A stretch of DNA of 62,547 nucleotides, counting the filler, from Sphacelaria rigidula (Eukaryota), in NCBI GenBank assembly GCA_964200075.2. It is 8 parts of 8 records of this genome, joined end to end, with 100 filler letters (N's around TTAATTAATTAA, not from the genome) between each part and the next. Parts side by side here need not be neighbours in the genome. Positions count along the whole stretch, not along the records: positions 7,833 to 15,564 come from CAXNAA020013640.1; positions 15,665 to 23,395 come from CAXNAA020013641.1; positions 23,496 to 31,226 come from CAXNAA020013642.1; 5 more parts are not named here. The stretch is one strand, 5' to 3'. Below, in pieces: positions 11,111-24,814 of this stretch. The position numbers were made by a program, and so were the translations under genes. The notes under the pieces were generated by a model that saw only the letters and a program-made list of their open reading frames with translations, was not told the DNA's origin and did no database searches. Position 1 is the stretch's first letter. Every line of letters starts with the position of its first letter.

Positions 11111-13137
11111 CTGTTATGGGCGCGCCTGACCCCCCAAAATGAGCCCAAAAAGTGTCAGCGACCAAAAGCACGAACAGACCGGAGATGACGTTCATCCTCG
11201 GACCATGCACGCCGCGAAATCGCTCAAGGTACTTGTGATTTGAGTAGGGTTTTCATTCCACGGTTTATAAGTTGTCTTGTTCCGGAGGACGAACCACGGC
11301 GTGGCTCGGCGACTCACCGCCGTGTATTTGTCGTATCTACAATTTTACCGGTTGCTTTCACGTAAGACGTTACGGTGATCGAGAAGATCGCAAAAAATAT
11401 ATGTTTTTGTCACATAATTCGTTATAAAACTCGCATCCTGATTAAATAAAAAAAATTCAACCGGTATAATTCTAGCTGTCGTCTTGTCGCAGATGATGCA
11501 AAAAGTCGCATCCCAATCGATGGCCGTGGCGATGAGTATCCTGTGAAACAGATTGGGCTGTGATCGCCAACACGCACTCCCAACCCTCGCCGGTCTCCAC
11601 AAAACGGGAAATCCTCACCCCTATGTAACGGCCTCGGAATAGATGACACCCGCGGATGACTCGTGATAGTGCAGATGGTTGATACATCGGATACGTGCTT
11701 CGATCGAGCCCCCAGAAGCAAGAATTATCTTCGCGACCTCGCAGCAGCGGAATTATAAATTATAACACTGGCCCTAACGAATGCAAACCGAGAACCATCG
11801 GGCGAGGCGGGTGCAACGTGTTTCGTAGGCGAAGGGTGCGTTGCCAGACCTCGAATCGGCGCCCTAGGCGCCGATTTAGACAAGAGCGCGTTCAGGGACG
11901 CTAGTAGAATGCTAGGAGCACAGCCCCCATGAAAGATCCGGATTTCAGTTTTCACACCAAGATCAAGATTGACCGACTCACGCTCCCGAATGGGAAAGTA
12001 CACTGCGCCAAGACGACACAAAGTCGTAGGCCCACTTTCGCTGGAGCCACATGGCACCGAAGCCCCAATCATGTCTTTCAGTGGACCCAACCATCCTAAG
12101 ACACGCATCTGTTGTATCGGCAATGGTGGGTGACGGACGACCGTTTGTTTTCATTCCCTCTTGCAAAACAACATCTTTGGAGTCCGATGAGCCCCTAGAC
12201 CGCGAGGGTAGTCCATCTGGACCATGCATACTTTTTTCAAGTGGAAAATGATGCCGATTCAGCATGTGACCAAACCGTCGCGGTCAATGAGCTAATTAAT
12301 ATCATATTCATCAAAAGAAAAGCCATGGAGACGGAACGAATACACTTTGAAACGCGAGTCATTCGTCCGACGAAAGTCGTGGAATCATCGCAGCCGATAA
12401 ATCAAGCTCCTTAAACCATGACGAGGTGGTGGACCAACACCCGCCCAGCCCACATTACACACCCGATGACTATTTGCACTCCACTCGTCTGTGTTAGGGC
12501 CGGCCTCGTTGAAGTTCATCAGTACATATGGCTTTTTCGCATGCTGAGCACATCATGTTGACCCAACTTTGATCCGCCCAAAAATGGTTCAGCTTCCTGG
12601 TTTCACTTACCGGCGTTGGGCTACAAATGTTCATGGTTAGTATAACTTGACTTGAGTGCGTACAACGAGAATCGGAATTTTAGTAGGGTTGACGGTCCCG
12701 TGTACTCCTCGGGTGCGCACAACGCGTTTTCGTTGAAATCTGCGCCACAGAAGCCGATTTGGGGTCTACCAAAACCTGAATTTTTTTAGGGAATGTATGT
12801 ACAGCCCTTGCCTGAGTGTTTTCGGTGTGCGATGGGTTGGTTCAACCCAATCAGCCTCCTTGCATGCCAGGGTATAGCAAGCGTGGACGAAACGTGACGC
12901 AGTGGCATGTAATATATGAGGAACAACCAAAATAACAGCAGGGTTATGGTTTTAGATGGCAGTACACTTTTTTTCGATATGAATTTTGGATCCATGCCGT
13001 TCTCTTCCGATGACGGAAGGCGCATGTTCTCCACGAGCCTGGAAAAGCCCCAGAAGTCGGTCTGTTCGTGTCTGTTCGTGATATTGGTCGGTGACACTTT
13101 TTTTGCCCACTTTGGGGGTCAGGCGCGCCCATAACTG
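11111..13137. mobile_element. About 2-kb non-autonomous TIR element
   Basis: Left end ctgttatgggcgcgcctgacccccc...aaaaagtgtca is the reverse complement of right end gtgacactttttt...gggggtcaggcgcgcccataactg. No intact ORF inside; contains a copy of the 98-bp MITE. Confidence 0.7.
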
Positions 13138-13434
13138 TGTGCAACCGAAGTTGCTCACGGTGGACGTCGTTGAAGATATTATATGACTGTTACAGCAGTC
13201 AGACTTTCAGATTATTTTTGTACAGTAGTTTTCATCTGAAATACGAAGTAGGATATTTTCTTAATTTATTCGTAGTCGGAGATGTTCAATGTTTTTCCCG
13301 CGTGCCACCGCTGATTCTACCGAGCGGTTGATCCCAATGTTTGGTCGAAGGGAGATTCTAGGCATCCGCTCCACATTCCAAAAGAAGAATCGCCTCTGCG
13401 CTCAATATCTGACGACTTCCAAGCTGCTGTCACC

Positions 13435-13855
13435 TCAGCGGATTGTTCAGATTTGAGACATTTGACCCACTTCTTGACCCCCAAACAGGGAAAATCGCCA
13501 ACACACGTCGCGCACAATTTGCATCACCCCCCACACAGGAGCCTAGTCTACTCTTCAGATTCGCTTGGCTCCGACGTTTCGAGATTGACCCCTGAACAAT
13601 AATCGGTGCGCAAAAATCTGTGCTTGTCTACCCCCGCCAGTTTGCCCAATAATCTGTGGAGATTGCCGCAAACTTCGTTGCACACGGACTATTGTCCAGC
13701 GGCCGCTCTCGAAACCTTGGAGCCAAGCGAATCTGAAAAGTGGGCTAGGCTCCTTTCTGTGGGGTGATGCAAGGTGTCCAAGACGTGTGTTGGCGATTTT
13801 TTCCTGTTGGGAGGTCAAAAATTGGCTCAAACGCCCCAAAAGTGAACAATCCGTG
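13435..13855. mobile_element. Palindromic MITE-like inverted repeat with ~140-bp arms
   Basis: 13435-13572 is the reverse complement of 13719-13855 (ggagccaagcgaatctgaa...ctaggctcc...ggggtgatgcaa...gacgtgtgttggcgatttt). Confidence 0.7.
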
Positions 13856-16369
13856 GGCCAGCAATCTGTGTGCCATAACATCCGGTCTTAGGCGCTGAAA
13901 TTTTGACACGACATTTTTATCATCAATCCTCGCAACCCTGTGAGGGGTGCAGAGGAATAATAAAACGCAAGGTAGACCGAGTTGAAGTTTCAGCAGAAAC
14001 AGGAAAGCCGCTGTAACTTCTTCAAAATCTGATACAACGGTGACAGCGCTGCGGCACATACGGGGGCGCGTCAACCACATCCTTGTGAATTTTCAGCCAA
14101 AAACACGTCAAATTGGGCTTCGCGTCGCACGTTTCGTGTGACCCGGGTGGTCAAATGTCGCAGTAAAGGCAGTAGCACAGAGCAGTAATGCCGTATACGC
14201 CGGCGAAAGCAAGCCAAACCCTCATAGGATGTCAGCAAGCGGTCCTGGTTCGACTTGCGAAACTCAAACTGTGGTTTCAACCTCTCAATACGATACCTCA
14301 GCTGTTCATGGGGAATCACACAGCCCAAAGCCTGAATACAAATAAGAATCGTGGATAAGGGTGATGGTACAGCACAGCTTAAGACTCACGTCAAGGCTGT
14401 GGGCTCGAGACACTCTAGACAGGAGAGACCGATGGTGGTAGGTGATGGGTAAAAAGCTCTTCTTATATCCAGTAGATGCCTGCAGACTGGTCGGTGGTTC
14501 GAGTGAACTTGGTAGGCGATGGTCAGCGCGCTGTTCGCCCTTACCCTGCCTCGCATACAACCCTGTCATACTGCAAAATCAGCCTGACGCGCCATGCTGT
14601 GGCCAATCAAAGTGTCAGTAGCGACGTACGCCTGTGGCTGGTCAGGTACAACTCTGTATCCAGCTTCAAGCAGCTGCGTCAACCATATAAAAAGTCCAAT
14701 TTATACAATATACAAGCACACATTCGACTAGAATCTTTTCATACCCGCCGATCGTTTGTAAAACGATCGTGACAATCTACTGTACTAGTTTCATTCTCGC
14801 ACGCGGTCATACACCATCACAATAGCCCACCCTTGATCGTTCAAGTTCAGTTCCTTTTCAGAAGAGACGAACTTGCGTCGAGCCACACCATTCCCACACC
14901 ATAGAAAACTGAGACTCATTTCAAAGATCGAGTATTCTTCGGCACGGGGAACCATTAGGTACGACCAAAAAACAAACGAACAAGAAAAACACAAAGACAT
15001 AAACAAAACAAAGAGAACAAAAAAAAGAACCGATACAAGAACCAAGTGTCCTAATGTTCCGTGAGCATTTCAGACGGAGTCATGGGAAATCCAAAAGTTA
15101 AAAAATCAAAAATCGACAATCAGCAATCAAAACCATATACCACGAAAATTCCAGTGTCCTCAGAATGCCGTGAGCATTTCCGGGATAGCCACAAAAAATC
15201 ATAGACCTATCATTGAAAGGATCATCCTACCCTGCCATAACTATATCATGAGTATAATAGTTCACTCTTTTGTGGATATCCGATTTGTTTTAGGTCATCG
15301 GTACAAAAACAAGCAAGCCCGCCAAGGCATTGTATCACTCCGATAACCAAGTTTATGCTAATCACTCGTCCCAGTCAATCAGCAAAAGCCAACAACGTGT
15401 AGCCGATTTCGTCGCGAAAAAGGTAGTTTCCCGCGAAAACCACACCTTGAAAAAACCCAATTAGCATGGTACGGACAAATCAACCCGTTTGACGTGAGTT
15501 AACCCTTTGGGAACCCTTCCCTCCCGTCCCCGGGCCAGACGCCTCATTATGAGAAGCCCTGACANNNNNNNNNNNNNNNNNNNNNNNNNNNNNNNNNNNN
15601 NNNNNNNNTTAATTAATTAANNNNNNNNNNNNNNNNNNNNNNNNNNNNNNNNNNNNNNNNNNNNTGGGGAAAGCACTGTTTTAGGGTTGAACCTCATCTC
15701 AAAGTTAAACCTCAATCCGCACAATTTGTTGTTCTATACTTTATGCAGTACACTTTTCGTCCATTACATTTATTGACCATACCTTGTCCAGGGTTTGGAT
15801 ATTTTCTAAGTTTTGCTGAAAATTTTAAATCGCTCTAACTTTCTGTTTTTTTTCGTGGCATCCTCTGAAACGCGTGATAGATGAAAAATTCATTGTGTCA
15901 AAATTTGAAATTTCATCGCCCACTCCCTCAAATTTATCCGGGCGTCACCTATTCCTCGAATAAATATGTTGGCGGGTCCAGCTCGTATGAGTGCGTTCTC
16001 GTTTTGTTTTTGGAACTCTGACCGGTAGGGTGAGGCCATCCGTTGAATGTACAGAAAGACCCAGATGATGGCCCACCTTGGCGGTCAAGAGAATGGAAAG
16101 GATGGATTGAAACCCTGTGAATATGTACGTATGTTCCTGACACATGCACACGCTGGGACGGAGAGACGGTCAATGCTTCCCACGACCACAGCTGTCTTGT
16201 CTTCCTGCTACTGCGTGGTGCAATTTATCTTCTGAGAATTGCTGAACCCTCTCGCGATGAAAAAAAAAAAGACAAGCGCCGCAGAGGGAAGGTGGAGAAC
16301 TAAAAACGAACAAAAACGAAAAAACTCCTGTGTTGGCCTTCTTGTGTAACCACGGTTGGTGCGCCTACG

Positions 16370-16623
16370 TATGACTAATGCCGAGATAGCCCCCCCCACA
16401 AAAAGTGTACCGGAGACCGTCCGACAAATCGGCTGTGATCCCACTATTGGGCTCGTTTGCAGCAATTTCGCCCACATGAGGGGCGTGTAGCAGTCCCAAA
16501 TCGGCTGCAACGTCCAAATGAGTCGCGTCGTGCAGCACGAAACCAGCTCTAACGGCATTTATTATCATCGCCTCCATGCACTTTTTGGTCGGTTCGGGGG
16601 GGGCTATCTCGGCAGCAATCATA
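16370..16623. mobile_element. MITE with GCCGAGATAGCCCCCCC terminal inverted repeats
   Basis: tatgactaatgccgagatagcccccccc ... gggggggctatctcggcagcaatcata. Confidence 0.65.
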
Positions 16624-16849
16624 TATACGATTATACCGAAAGGTGTAGACCGGCGTCCAGAAGATATCTTCGAGTTGTGGGTATGCAGTGTTGAGTGAGG
16701 GAGGTGGGTTGGTTGATTGATAGGAGGTATATTATTCAGGTCATCATGATGATAATATTGTTTGTGGGTTGAACCTATATCACTCCACCCCCGAAGTATC
16801 TATACCTGTGCTCGTCCCTGCATCGGGTATATCCACAACGGTATGCTTT

Positions 16850-17250
16850 AACCCCGGGTAGGGGTATGGAAGACTTACAGAACTTACAGAAATGTCGGGT
16901 AGGGGTATGGAAGTTTTGCAGAAATTACAAAACTGTCTATGAAAGTCTTACAGAACTCACAGAATCTGTCGGGTAGGGTATAGGAGGCTTACAGAAAACC
17001 GGACCGGCAACTGGGTATTTTCTCAAGGGCGTACCCACGCCCCAGGTACGGGTAAATGTTCTGTTCAGAACTCACAGAACGGTCGGGTAAGGGTTTGAGT
17101 AGCTAACGGAACTCACAGGAACTGCCGGGTAGGATACGAAAGACGTTGCACAGAAAACCGCCCCCGCAACAAGGTATCTTGTCAAGAGCAATACCCGTCC
17201 CCTCGGTAACGGTACGGGAGGCTTGCAGAACTCACAGAACTATCGGATGA
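16850..17250. repeat. Degenerate tandem array (cagaact(c/t)acagaa ... cgggtaggggtatg)
   Basis: About seven recurrences of the agaact(c/t)acagaa and cgggtagggt motifs. Confidence 0.7.
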
Positions 17251-18147
17251 CGCAGAAATGATCGTTCGTAGCCGAGAGACCATACAAACGCTAGCTGCTT
17301 TCCGGTAGCATTGTAAGGCACCGCCGACACAACCCGTTTACGCGCAGAATTCCTCACATTCAGTATTCTTGATTCTGTGCGCCCTAGCCGAGAGCAGCAC
17401 GCCTACCGCTGTGCTGCACTCTGTGAACAATTTTGTATCTTGCATCTTGATCAGTTTTTGCGACGTATTCTACGCACAACGGTTAAAGGACCCATCATGG
17501 TAGTGAAAAGACGCGATAGTATGATGACTAACACTGGCGACGTGATCGTGACGTCTCGTGATGTCGTGTCGACATGCATGCAACCAGCTTGTGATTCTGC
17601 CTTCCAAAGCAGCACGGGTACCACAATGACATCGTTTTCCAAAAAGCACGCACCTCATCGAAACGAAACGTTTTTTCGTGTGACAGAACGTCTTGTGCTC
17701 CCCTCCCTCTCCTCCCCTCATTACCCCTAGACCGTTAACTCACGCGTGCCGCCGGCACTCGGCGTTACATATCGCCGTGCATTCGGCGCGGAGGGAGACT
17801 GCGCGCGGTGGCACACGATAGGTCACGAACATTTTGAGTACTTTTTGTGCGAGTGCACACCACACACGTATGACAGTGAATGAATGTATAGGTGGCCTCC
17901 GTGCTCTCGTTTCGGCCTGGTTGATCAGCTTGCCTGCGCCCTCGACGCCGTCTGGCGTCATATTGTATGTATGCACGTATGCCTAGCGCGCGTTGGCCAT
18001 GCGCATCTTCACTTGGGCGACCTGGTTTTGAGTACAACAGTAGTAGTGGAAGGACTTCATTCGATGGCGGTGTACAGTATTTCACCATGCGGAATGGGGC
18101 GGGGTGGGGAAGAGGAAGGCGGTAGTAGGCCCCTGATGTGGAGTAAC

Positions 18148-18720
18148 GCGACGGTAGGGGTGCACGTTTTTCGCGAAATTATGTTCAGTTCAGGGGCTCC
18201 TAACGATTCTAGATGCGCAAAAATATTGGTCAGGGCATCCTCGTGTGCAAATTCATTCGGGATATCCCCAGCACATTGGAGTGCTAATCCTGGCGTACTT
18301 TCACATATTTTCATAGGTCGTGTTTTGCATGAGATAAAGGGCTCCTAACAATTCTAACCTCAGAAAATGTTTGTGCACCCCTACCGTAGCATCACTCTGT
18401 GACGGGGAATTTCTGAATGATTGGACAGGTAGATGCTGCCGTATCTACGCTATACCCTTCGCTACATTAGTGATGCTGTCGTGCGGACAACAAGCAGGTT
18501 ATTTCGAGGCAAATAATAGTAGTAACGTAGTCATCTTCATGGTGGACAGTTACTCACATTATATCGATTTTCCCGGGCATCTACGCTGAGAAGAGAGTGC
18601 GTGCCACGGTCGGGGTGCACATTTTTCTCAGGCTTCTAGCCGTAGGAGCATTTCAATGAGAAGCATTTGGGTCTAAGTGTGCAACCTTAGGCAACGTTTG
18701 GCGTGCACCCCTACTGTGGC
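18148..18720. mobile_element. Two small MITEs with ACGGTAGGGGTGCAC inverted ends (~18148-18391 and ~18603-18720)
   Basis: gcgacggtaggggtgcac pairs with tgcacccctaccgtagc; gccacggtcggggtgcac pairs with gtgcacccctactgtggc. A related copy lies at ~36368-36495. Confidence 0.6.
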
Positions 18721-19044
18721 ACCCACACAAGACCTCATGTTTTCTCCCTCCAAGCACTTGGCGGCACACTATCAAACACCCGCATCAATTGAATGGAGGA
18801 TTGGAAAAGACACCGTCTCCAGTCTACTTTCTCTTCTTTGACGCAACCCCGCTCCTTGAGGTGTCCTGAATCGCAATGTACTCTTGGCCGCATTTTTCTG
18901 CAGTACCTTCTCGTTCTCATCCAGTCATAATCCAGAACGTCGATACAAAAAGGTAATTTCTCAGCACACACATGCGTATAAGCAGACGGCTGCAGCCCTG
19001 CCCTCCCCCCACCCGGTGATCCCTTTGGAATGGATTGCACATAC

Positions 19045-19171
19045 CATATTCTTGTCCGCCTCCAGCTTTTTGACGAGGTCGCTGTTCAGCCTGAATTCGG
19101 TGTCGTTCATGTCCTCGAAGATGCGACGAGCCTTGGTTTCCTCCACCTGCGTTTGCAGCTGCTCCCGGTAC
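19045..19171 (-). CDS. Internal exon of an unidentified coiled-coil protein (YREQLQTQVEETKARRIFEDMNDTEFRLNSDLVKKLEADKNM)
   Basis: Pyrimidine-rich acceptor ctctgttttcctgccctag, GTATGT donor, open frame with GC-rich third positions and E/K/Q-rich helical composition. Flanking exons not defined. Confidence 0.7.
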
Positions 19172-19507
19172 CTAGGGCAGGAAAACAGAGGGACACGAGG
19201 ATGACATTATCACAAGAACGACATGATCATGCATGCACCAAACACGACAAAACAACCAAAAGAGAACAGAAGAAGAAGAAGAAGAAAGAAAACACTCTTT
19301 TTTACCTGCAAATACTGTAGAACAAGAGTGTAATTTCCTATCTTTCCACAGCAAGAAGTGTAGACCTTTCGCCCAGAAAAGTAAACAACCAGCCAGAATC
19401 GGTACAATACGGCGGACTAAAATGATATTGAAGGTAAGTACAGACAAAGAGGTATGCGCTACCATTTCAAGTTCAGCTTTACGGTATAGAACATGCCTGG
19501 TGAATTC

Positions 19508-20139
19508 CTTGCAACTTTGCAGCGCGCTGAGCAATGTCCCGCGTGGTTTCTTGCGGTTTTCTTCCAGTACTTATCTATGTATATATAGAAAGGATGTAGT
19601 ATTGCGCGTTATCAGCGACAGCGGCATGTAGGGGGTCAAATCTGCTCTGTTTTAGCACCGTGACAAAACTTCTTCACCACCGTACCCCATAATGACTGAA
19701 AATGGCAAGGTATCTACCTTTTCCTGTCCACTGCCCTTCTATATTTCTTGAATAAACTGCGGTGCAAACGCGCAAGATTATCTGCCGACGATACGACATA
19801 CATATAAATTACAAATTATCATGAGACACACCACACAGAACATGATGCCACAGGTGAAGAACACAATGCAGATGGTGACCGCGAAGCTTTGAAAATGATT
19901 ACTTGCAACTTTGCAGCGCGCTAAGCGATGTCCCGCGTGGTTTCTTGCAACTTTCTTCCAGTACTTATATATATATATACATATATATACATATAGAAAG
20001 GATGCAGCATTGCGCGTTCTCAGCGACAGCGACATGTAGGGGATCAAATCTGCTCTGTTTTAGCACCATGACAAAACTCCTTCACCACCGTACCCCATAA
20101 TGACTGTAAATGGCAAGGTATCTACCTTTTCCTGTCCAT
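19508..20139. repeat. Direct duplication of ~225 bp (19508-19732 and ~19902-20139)
   Basis: Both copies run cttgcaactttgcagcgcgct...gtcccgcgtggtttcttgc...caccgtaccccataatgactg...tatctaccttttcctgtcca. Confidence 0.85.
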
Positions 20140-20789
20140 TGCACTCAGGAGGCACGTTGTGATAGTGCATGGGTCAGGTGTTAACAGGCGTTGTCAAACG
20201 CTTCTAGGCATGCAATTCTACGTTCATTCAAAGAAAGAATGCCCCCTTGAGTGACCATTACTTCGATATCGAAATCAAAGATATGACAAATACTAAGTTG
20301 CCGTCTGCCTGGCTCAAGCAGCATTTTCGCAAAATTTTGGGGCTTTCTCTTCACGTTCGACACACAAAACGTTTTCGTTCGGTGGCTCATGTGCTTCTGG
20401 TATATATGTTACTACGCACGTACCCGTTAGTGTTGCTAAGTACACCTATCACGTGGTGCCTCCATGTACGCCCAACAACTTATGGCGCGTGAAAAAAATG
20501 TCCCCGTCACTCGCTGCATTTCTCGGCCTTCTCCCTCTCCCATGTACTTGGGTACGTTTATCTTGTGACAAGGTCTGACTCGCCGTGGGTCAGTTAACAT
20601 GCCTGAGTGATTCCGCGATAGCACCCTCCTCTCCTCTCTATTAGGAGTAGGAACGGTGCTGCGTCTCGCAAGGGATGCGTGGTCAACGGTCAAACGATTA
20701 AGGCAAGCAACATATGAGTACGCCTCGCCCCCCACTCCCTCTCCCCAAAAGACAATGGGAAAACGAGTGTAGTGTGCAACCAAGCGGTG

Positions 20790-22400
20790 GGAGGAGAATT
20801 AGTAACCGTTTTCAAGAAAGGAGATGAGGTTGACCCAAGGAATTATAGAGGGATAGGCCCATTGAGCACTGTAGGGAAAACGTTCTTCAAGATTCTGAAC
20901 GATAGAGTGGGAATCGTGCTAGAGAGGGAAGAAATATCAGCGAGGGGCAAACAGGTTTTAGACCAAACAGTAGTTGCATATACCATGTGTGTATATGAGT
21001 GACGAGTGTTCAAGCTAGGAAAGACGCTGGGCTAACAACGTAGTGTTTCTTTCTAGACGTACAAAGGGCCTATGACACAGTACGGAAAAATGGGCTGCGG
21101 AAAAGATGTGGGAAAGTGCGATCAGAAGAAAGATGTGGAGAATGGTGAAGAAGATGACATACTATGCGAGAAGTGCTATGATCCTAGACGGGGAAGTACG
21201 GGAACATGTCGAAATTTTACGAGGAGTTGCACAACGATGTACGTCATCACCCACGTTATTCAAACTTTTCATTCATGACCTGATACCAGCAATAGAAGCA
21301 GCAAAACAAGGGTGGGGAAGACACGGTATCGGGATCGATGTTTGCGGATGATTTCATCGGGATATCAGGAACACCGGAAGGGTTGAAGAAACAAAAAGAA
21401 AAGGCGCTAGAATAGACTACGAATGGAAGAGTGACAACAAACGTGAACAAAAGAGCGGTACTCGTATGTAACGAAGATCAGGAGAACCCAGCAGAGTTCG
21501 AATGGAAGCGGGGAGACGAGGAACTGCCGATCGTAGACCAGTATACATTGGCATATAGATATCAAAAACAGTCCTTGAGATCCACACATAGACAAAGTAA
21601 TAGAAGAAGGCACGGCACAGGTAAGTATGATGGACGTGATCCTTAGAGACTTGCGTCTAGATTCTAGGATTGAGAGATGTATTCTGACAAATGTGGTGGT
21701 ACCTGAGATGGAATATGCGGGAGAACTATGTGGGGGGAACGTGAAGTTGATGAAAAAGCTGGAAACAGTACCTTCGGCAGTAGCAAAACAAATACTTGGA
21801 TGCTCGAAAGTGACGAGTATTACAGACTTGAGAGCAGAATTGGGAATGCACCCACTTCAAACAAATAGAGATATGAGAAAATTGAAGTGACAGCGTTACG
21901 TAAGGAGCATGCCAAGAAAGAGATTGTCAGTCATAGTTGATAGTGCTGTGTGGAAGAAAGTGACGAAAGGGCGGGCTGGAATTGGGTGCGATGACGTAGT
22001 CGAAGTATGGAAGGGTGTGGGAGGAAACCAAGACGAGATAGTGCCCATTGGTGAATGCGGGGGGTACAAGACAAGAGTAAGAGGCATGATGGAAATAAGG
22101 GAAGGAGAGTCGCTCAGACGGGAAGTAGAAGAGGAAGAACACCTGGAGACATACGGGGGGTTGAGAGAGGGGATAGAGATGAAAAAATGTCCGCATGGCC
22201 CGATGGACTCCGCGAAAAAATTGAAACAAGGGTTTCGGGTGGGAGACTTGGACCTTCCCAAGGGAAGAACAGGTGTACCAGTAGTCGAGTGGAGGAGGAA
22301 GTAGATTCGCAGAAGTACCCCTGTGGCAATTAAGTAGAGAGTAGAACTCATGTAGGGGCAGAATGTGAAATATAAAAGGAGGAACGGGACGTATTGGAGG
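20790..22400 (+). mobile_element. Decayed, 5'-truncated LINE (non-LTR retrotransposon) reverse transcriptase ORF
   Basis: Frameshifted RT motifs: FKKGDEVDPRNYRGI..LSTVGKTFFKILNDR, FFLDVQRAYDT, ILRGVAQRCTSSPTLFKLFIHDL, SGSMFADDFIGI. A C-terminal region follows (LRAELGMHPL...). Many stops. Confidence 0.9.
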
Positions 22401-23495
22401 GGAAAATATGGGAAGTAAACGAAAAACATATGTTGTGCTTTCCTCGTTATGCCTGGTATAGTCGTACACATGACTGTCCCTGTAGAGGTACAAGGATACA
22501 GCCATGTAATTCTTATCGCCATGGTTGGTGACCATGGTTCCTGAGTTTGGCTCCGTCTTTGTTTGGCCTCGCGTGTCGCGGGCGGACCCTTGGGCCCTGC
22601 CTCCAGTAGCCCGAATGGTTGCCTACGGCACCGGAACTGATGAGGTCAGCAGTATTTTTCTTCTCTTTTCTTATTTTTTACTTAATTTGTTACTTTTCTC
22701 TTGTTTGCATCGCGTCTGTGTACTTTTTCCTGGGTCCGATTTTGTTTTCCATTTTAGTTATACCCTATTTTGGGTACTTATCCTGTGACCACGGAAGGCG
22801 TTTGCATCAGATGCCCAGTACAGAGTACGGCGCCGATATCGGAACGGTTGTAACGTGAAGACAAAAAACGAAAGTGGCATGGAATCTTTTGATACATTAA
22901 ACAGTAGCGAGAAAACGGCCACTATACTAGGAGTTGGATGGTGGTCACAGAAGGCGAAATTAGGAAAGCGATATGATACGTGAAAAGTTTTCGTGTAATA
23001 CTTGTTGTGTCTCATAAGTCTGTGCAGTTATGTTTACATGAGCCCTTGACGATGTCCGATTTGATTTTCGATTTTTTGGCCGCATTCGTTGGCATTTTTT
23101 TAGCTAAAAGCAATACTCTTTCTGCAACATGGGTGCTTGACCCGTGCAGACTCGCGACCGAGAAAAAGTGAGTCGGTCAAAATTTGGGCATTTTTCGCCT
23201 TTTTTCCCAGTGAAGCACAGCAGACCCGGAAATCGCGAAAAATCGTAAAATAAATGTGAAAACCGCAAAACCACCACTGATTTGGATATCTCCGTGACGT
23301 TAACCTACGCATGCCCCATCTGACAATTTTTCAGCATGTGATCGCTAGTGCTCGACGTAAAAACGTCCAAAATCCGTCAACATTGGGGTATAAGTNNNNN
23401 NNNNNNNNNNNNNNNNNNNNNNNNNNNNNNNNNNNNNNNTTAATTAATTAANNNNNNNNNNNNNNNNNNNNNNNNNNNNNNNNNNNNNNNNNNNN

Positions 23496-24240
23496 TTTTG
23501 TTTTTTGTTCTTTTTTTTTCTCTTTCTTTTTTTCCTTTTTTCCCCCCATTTCTTCCTGTCCTTTGCTTTTGTCGTCGTTTTTTTTTTTTTTTTTCACGTC
23601 GTAGTCTACTCTGTCCGTCTGTTCAAATTTTCATGTCCCTTCTTTTTCTTCAGCGAGTGTTTCAGTTTTGTTTTGTCTTGGGTACGTCCATCATGAGACC
23701 ACGGCTGGATCCTTGGGGGGTCAGTTTGAGCGCGACAATCAAGCAATCGATCAATCAACACGAACCTTATCACTAACAGCTTCAATAATGCGCTTTTACA
23801 GCGAAGTTGATCGTCCCTGTAAAAACAACGTTTTCGTGAGATTGAGGGTGCGAAGCGCTTGATGATTGATTTGATTGATTGAGTGATTGTCGCACTTTAA
23901 CTGACCCCCCAGGGGTCCAGCCGTGGTCTCATGATAGACGTACCCAAGACAAAACCAAACTGAAACACTCGCTGAAGAAACGGAGGAACGGAAAAAAAAT
24001 CGAACAGAAAACGACAACGGTAGACGAAGACGTTGAGAATAATGATAATAATGAGAAAAAAGGCAACAAAAGCAAAGCACAGATAGAAATGGCCGACCTG
24101 AAACAAAATTAAAAAAGGAAAAAGGAAAGTATAATGCAAATAAAATAACATAACATAAAATAATATGATGAAGAAGGAAGAAGCCCGACGGATTTGGGGC
24201 AGAAGAGTAAATACAGACACACAACAGTGAGCACCGCAGA
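23496..24240. mobile_element. Two convergent copies of a non-LTR retroposon 3' end with (AATC)n-like tails
   Basis: 23650-23758 (+) and 23861-23976 (-) share cttcagcgagtgtttcagttt...gtcttgggtacgtc..tcatgagaccacggctgga...gacaatca, each with T-rich upstream sequence. Confidence 0.7.
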
Positions 24241-24814
24241 GCCACCGACTAAGGACATAATCAAGAACCGATATGAGCAGACAGGATTCTTCAATTGGCG
24301 GCCCTCGACACAGCAGCCTCTCGCTTGTGACGTCGGTCTGATTCTCGCTTGTCCGCGCGTCGCCATGTGTTCTCCAACTCTTCCGCTCCTTTTTCGACCC
24401 CAATATGCCATTTGCCCATATTCTTCGCCGCAGTGACCCGATCGTATGCATCGTTAACCTCTACACCAATTAATGAATAAATCGTTTCAGTACTGCCAGG
24501 CCCGATACGCTTTCTATACTAGCTTGCCACTGAAGCCCTTGATATCCGAGTAGGATATCGACGTGTAGCTGTAAGCACACGCCAGCGTTCCATGCAAAGG
24601 AAAGCACACACAGGTTGGAGAATTGGTCAACTTGAGGCGAATGGTAGATCTCACTCTGAATCAACGCTCTACTCTTTATCTCATGATAATATTGTCGTAT
24701 GCCGCACGTAGATGGGAACGTGCATTCTTCGTACAACAATACCCACGATTTACATTGTTGAGTTCAATGTGAGAGGTCGACACACCTAGGCTCAGCGTTG
24801 ACGAGATGGCTGTA

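Noticed and set aside
13555..13881. Fanzor/TnpB-like motif GHLASPHRK in a short ORF
   Set aside because: It lies within one arm of a non-coding inverted repeat. No RuvC D/E/D motifs or zinc ribbon are in frame.
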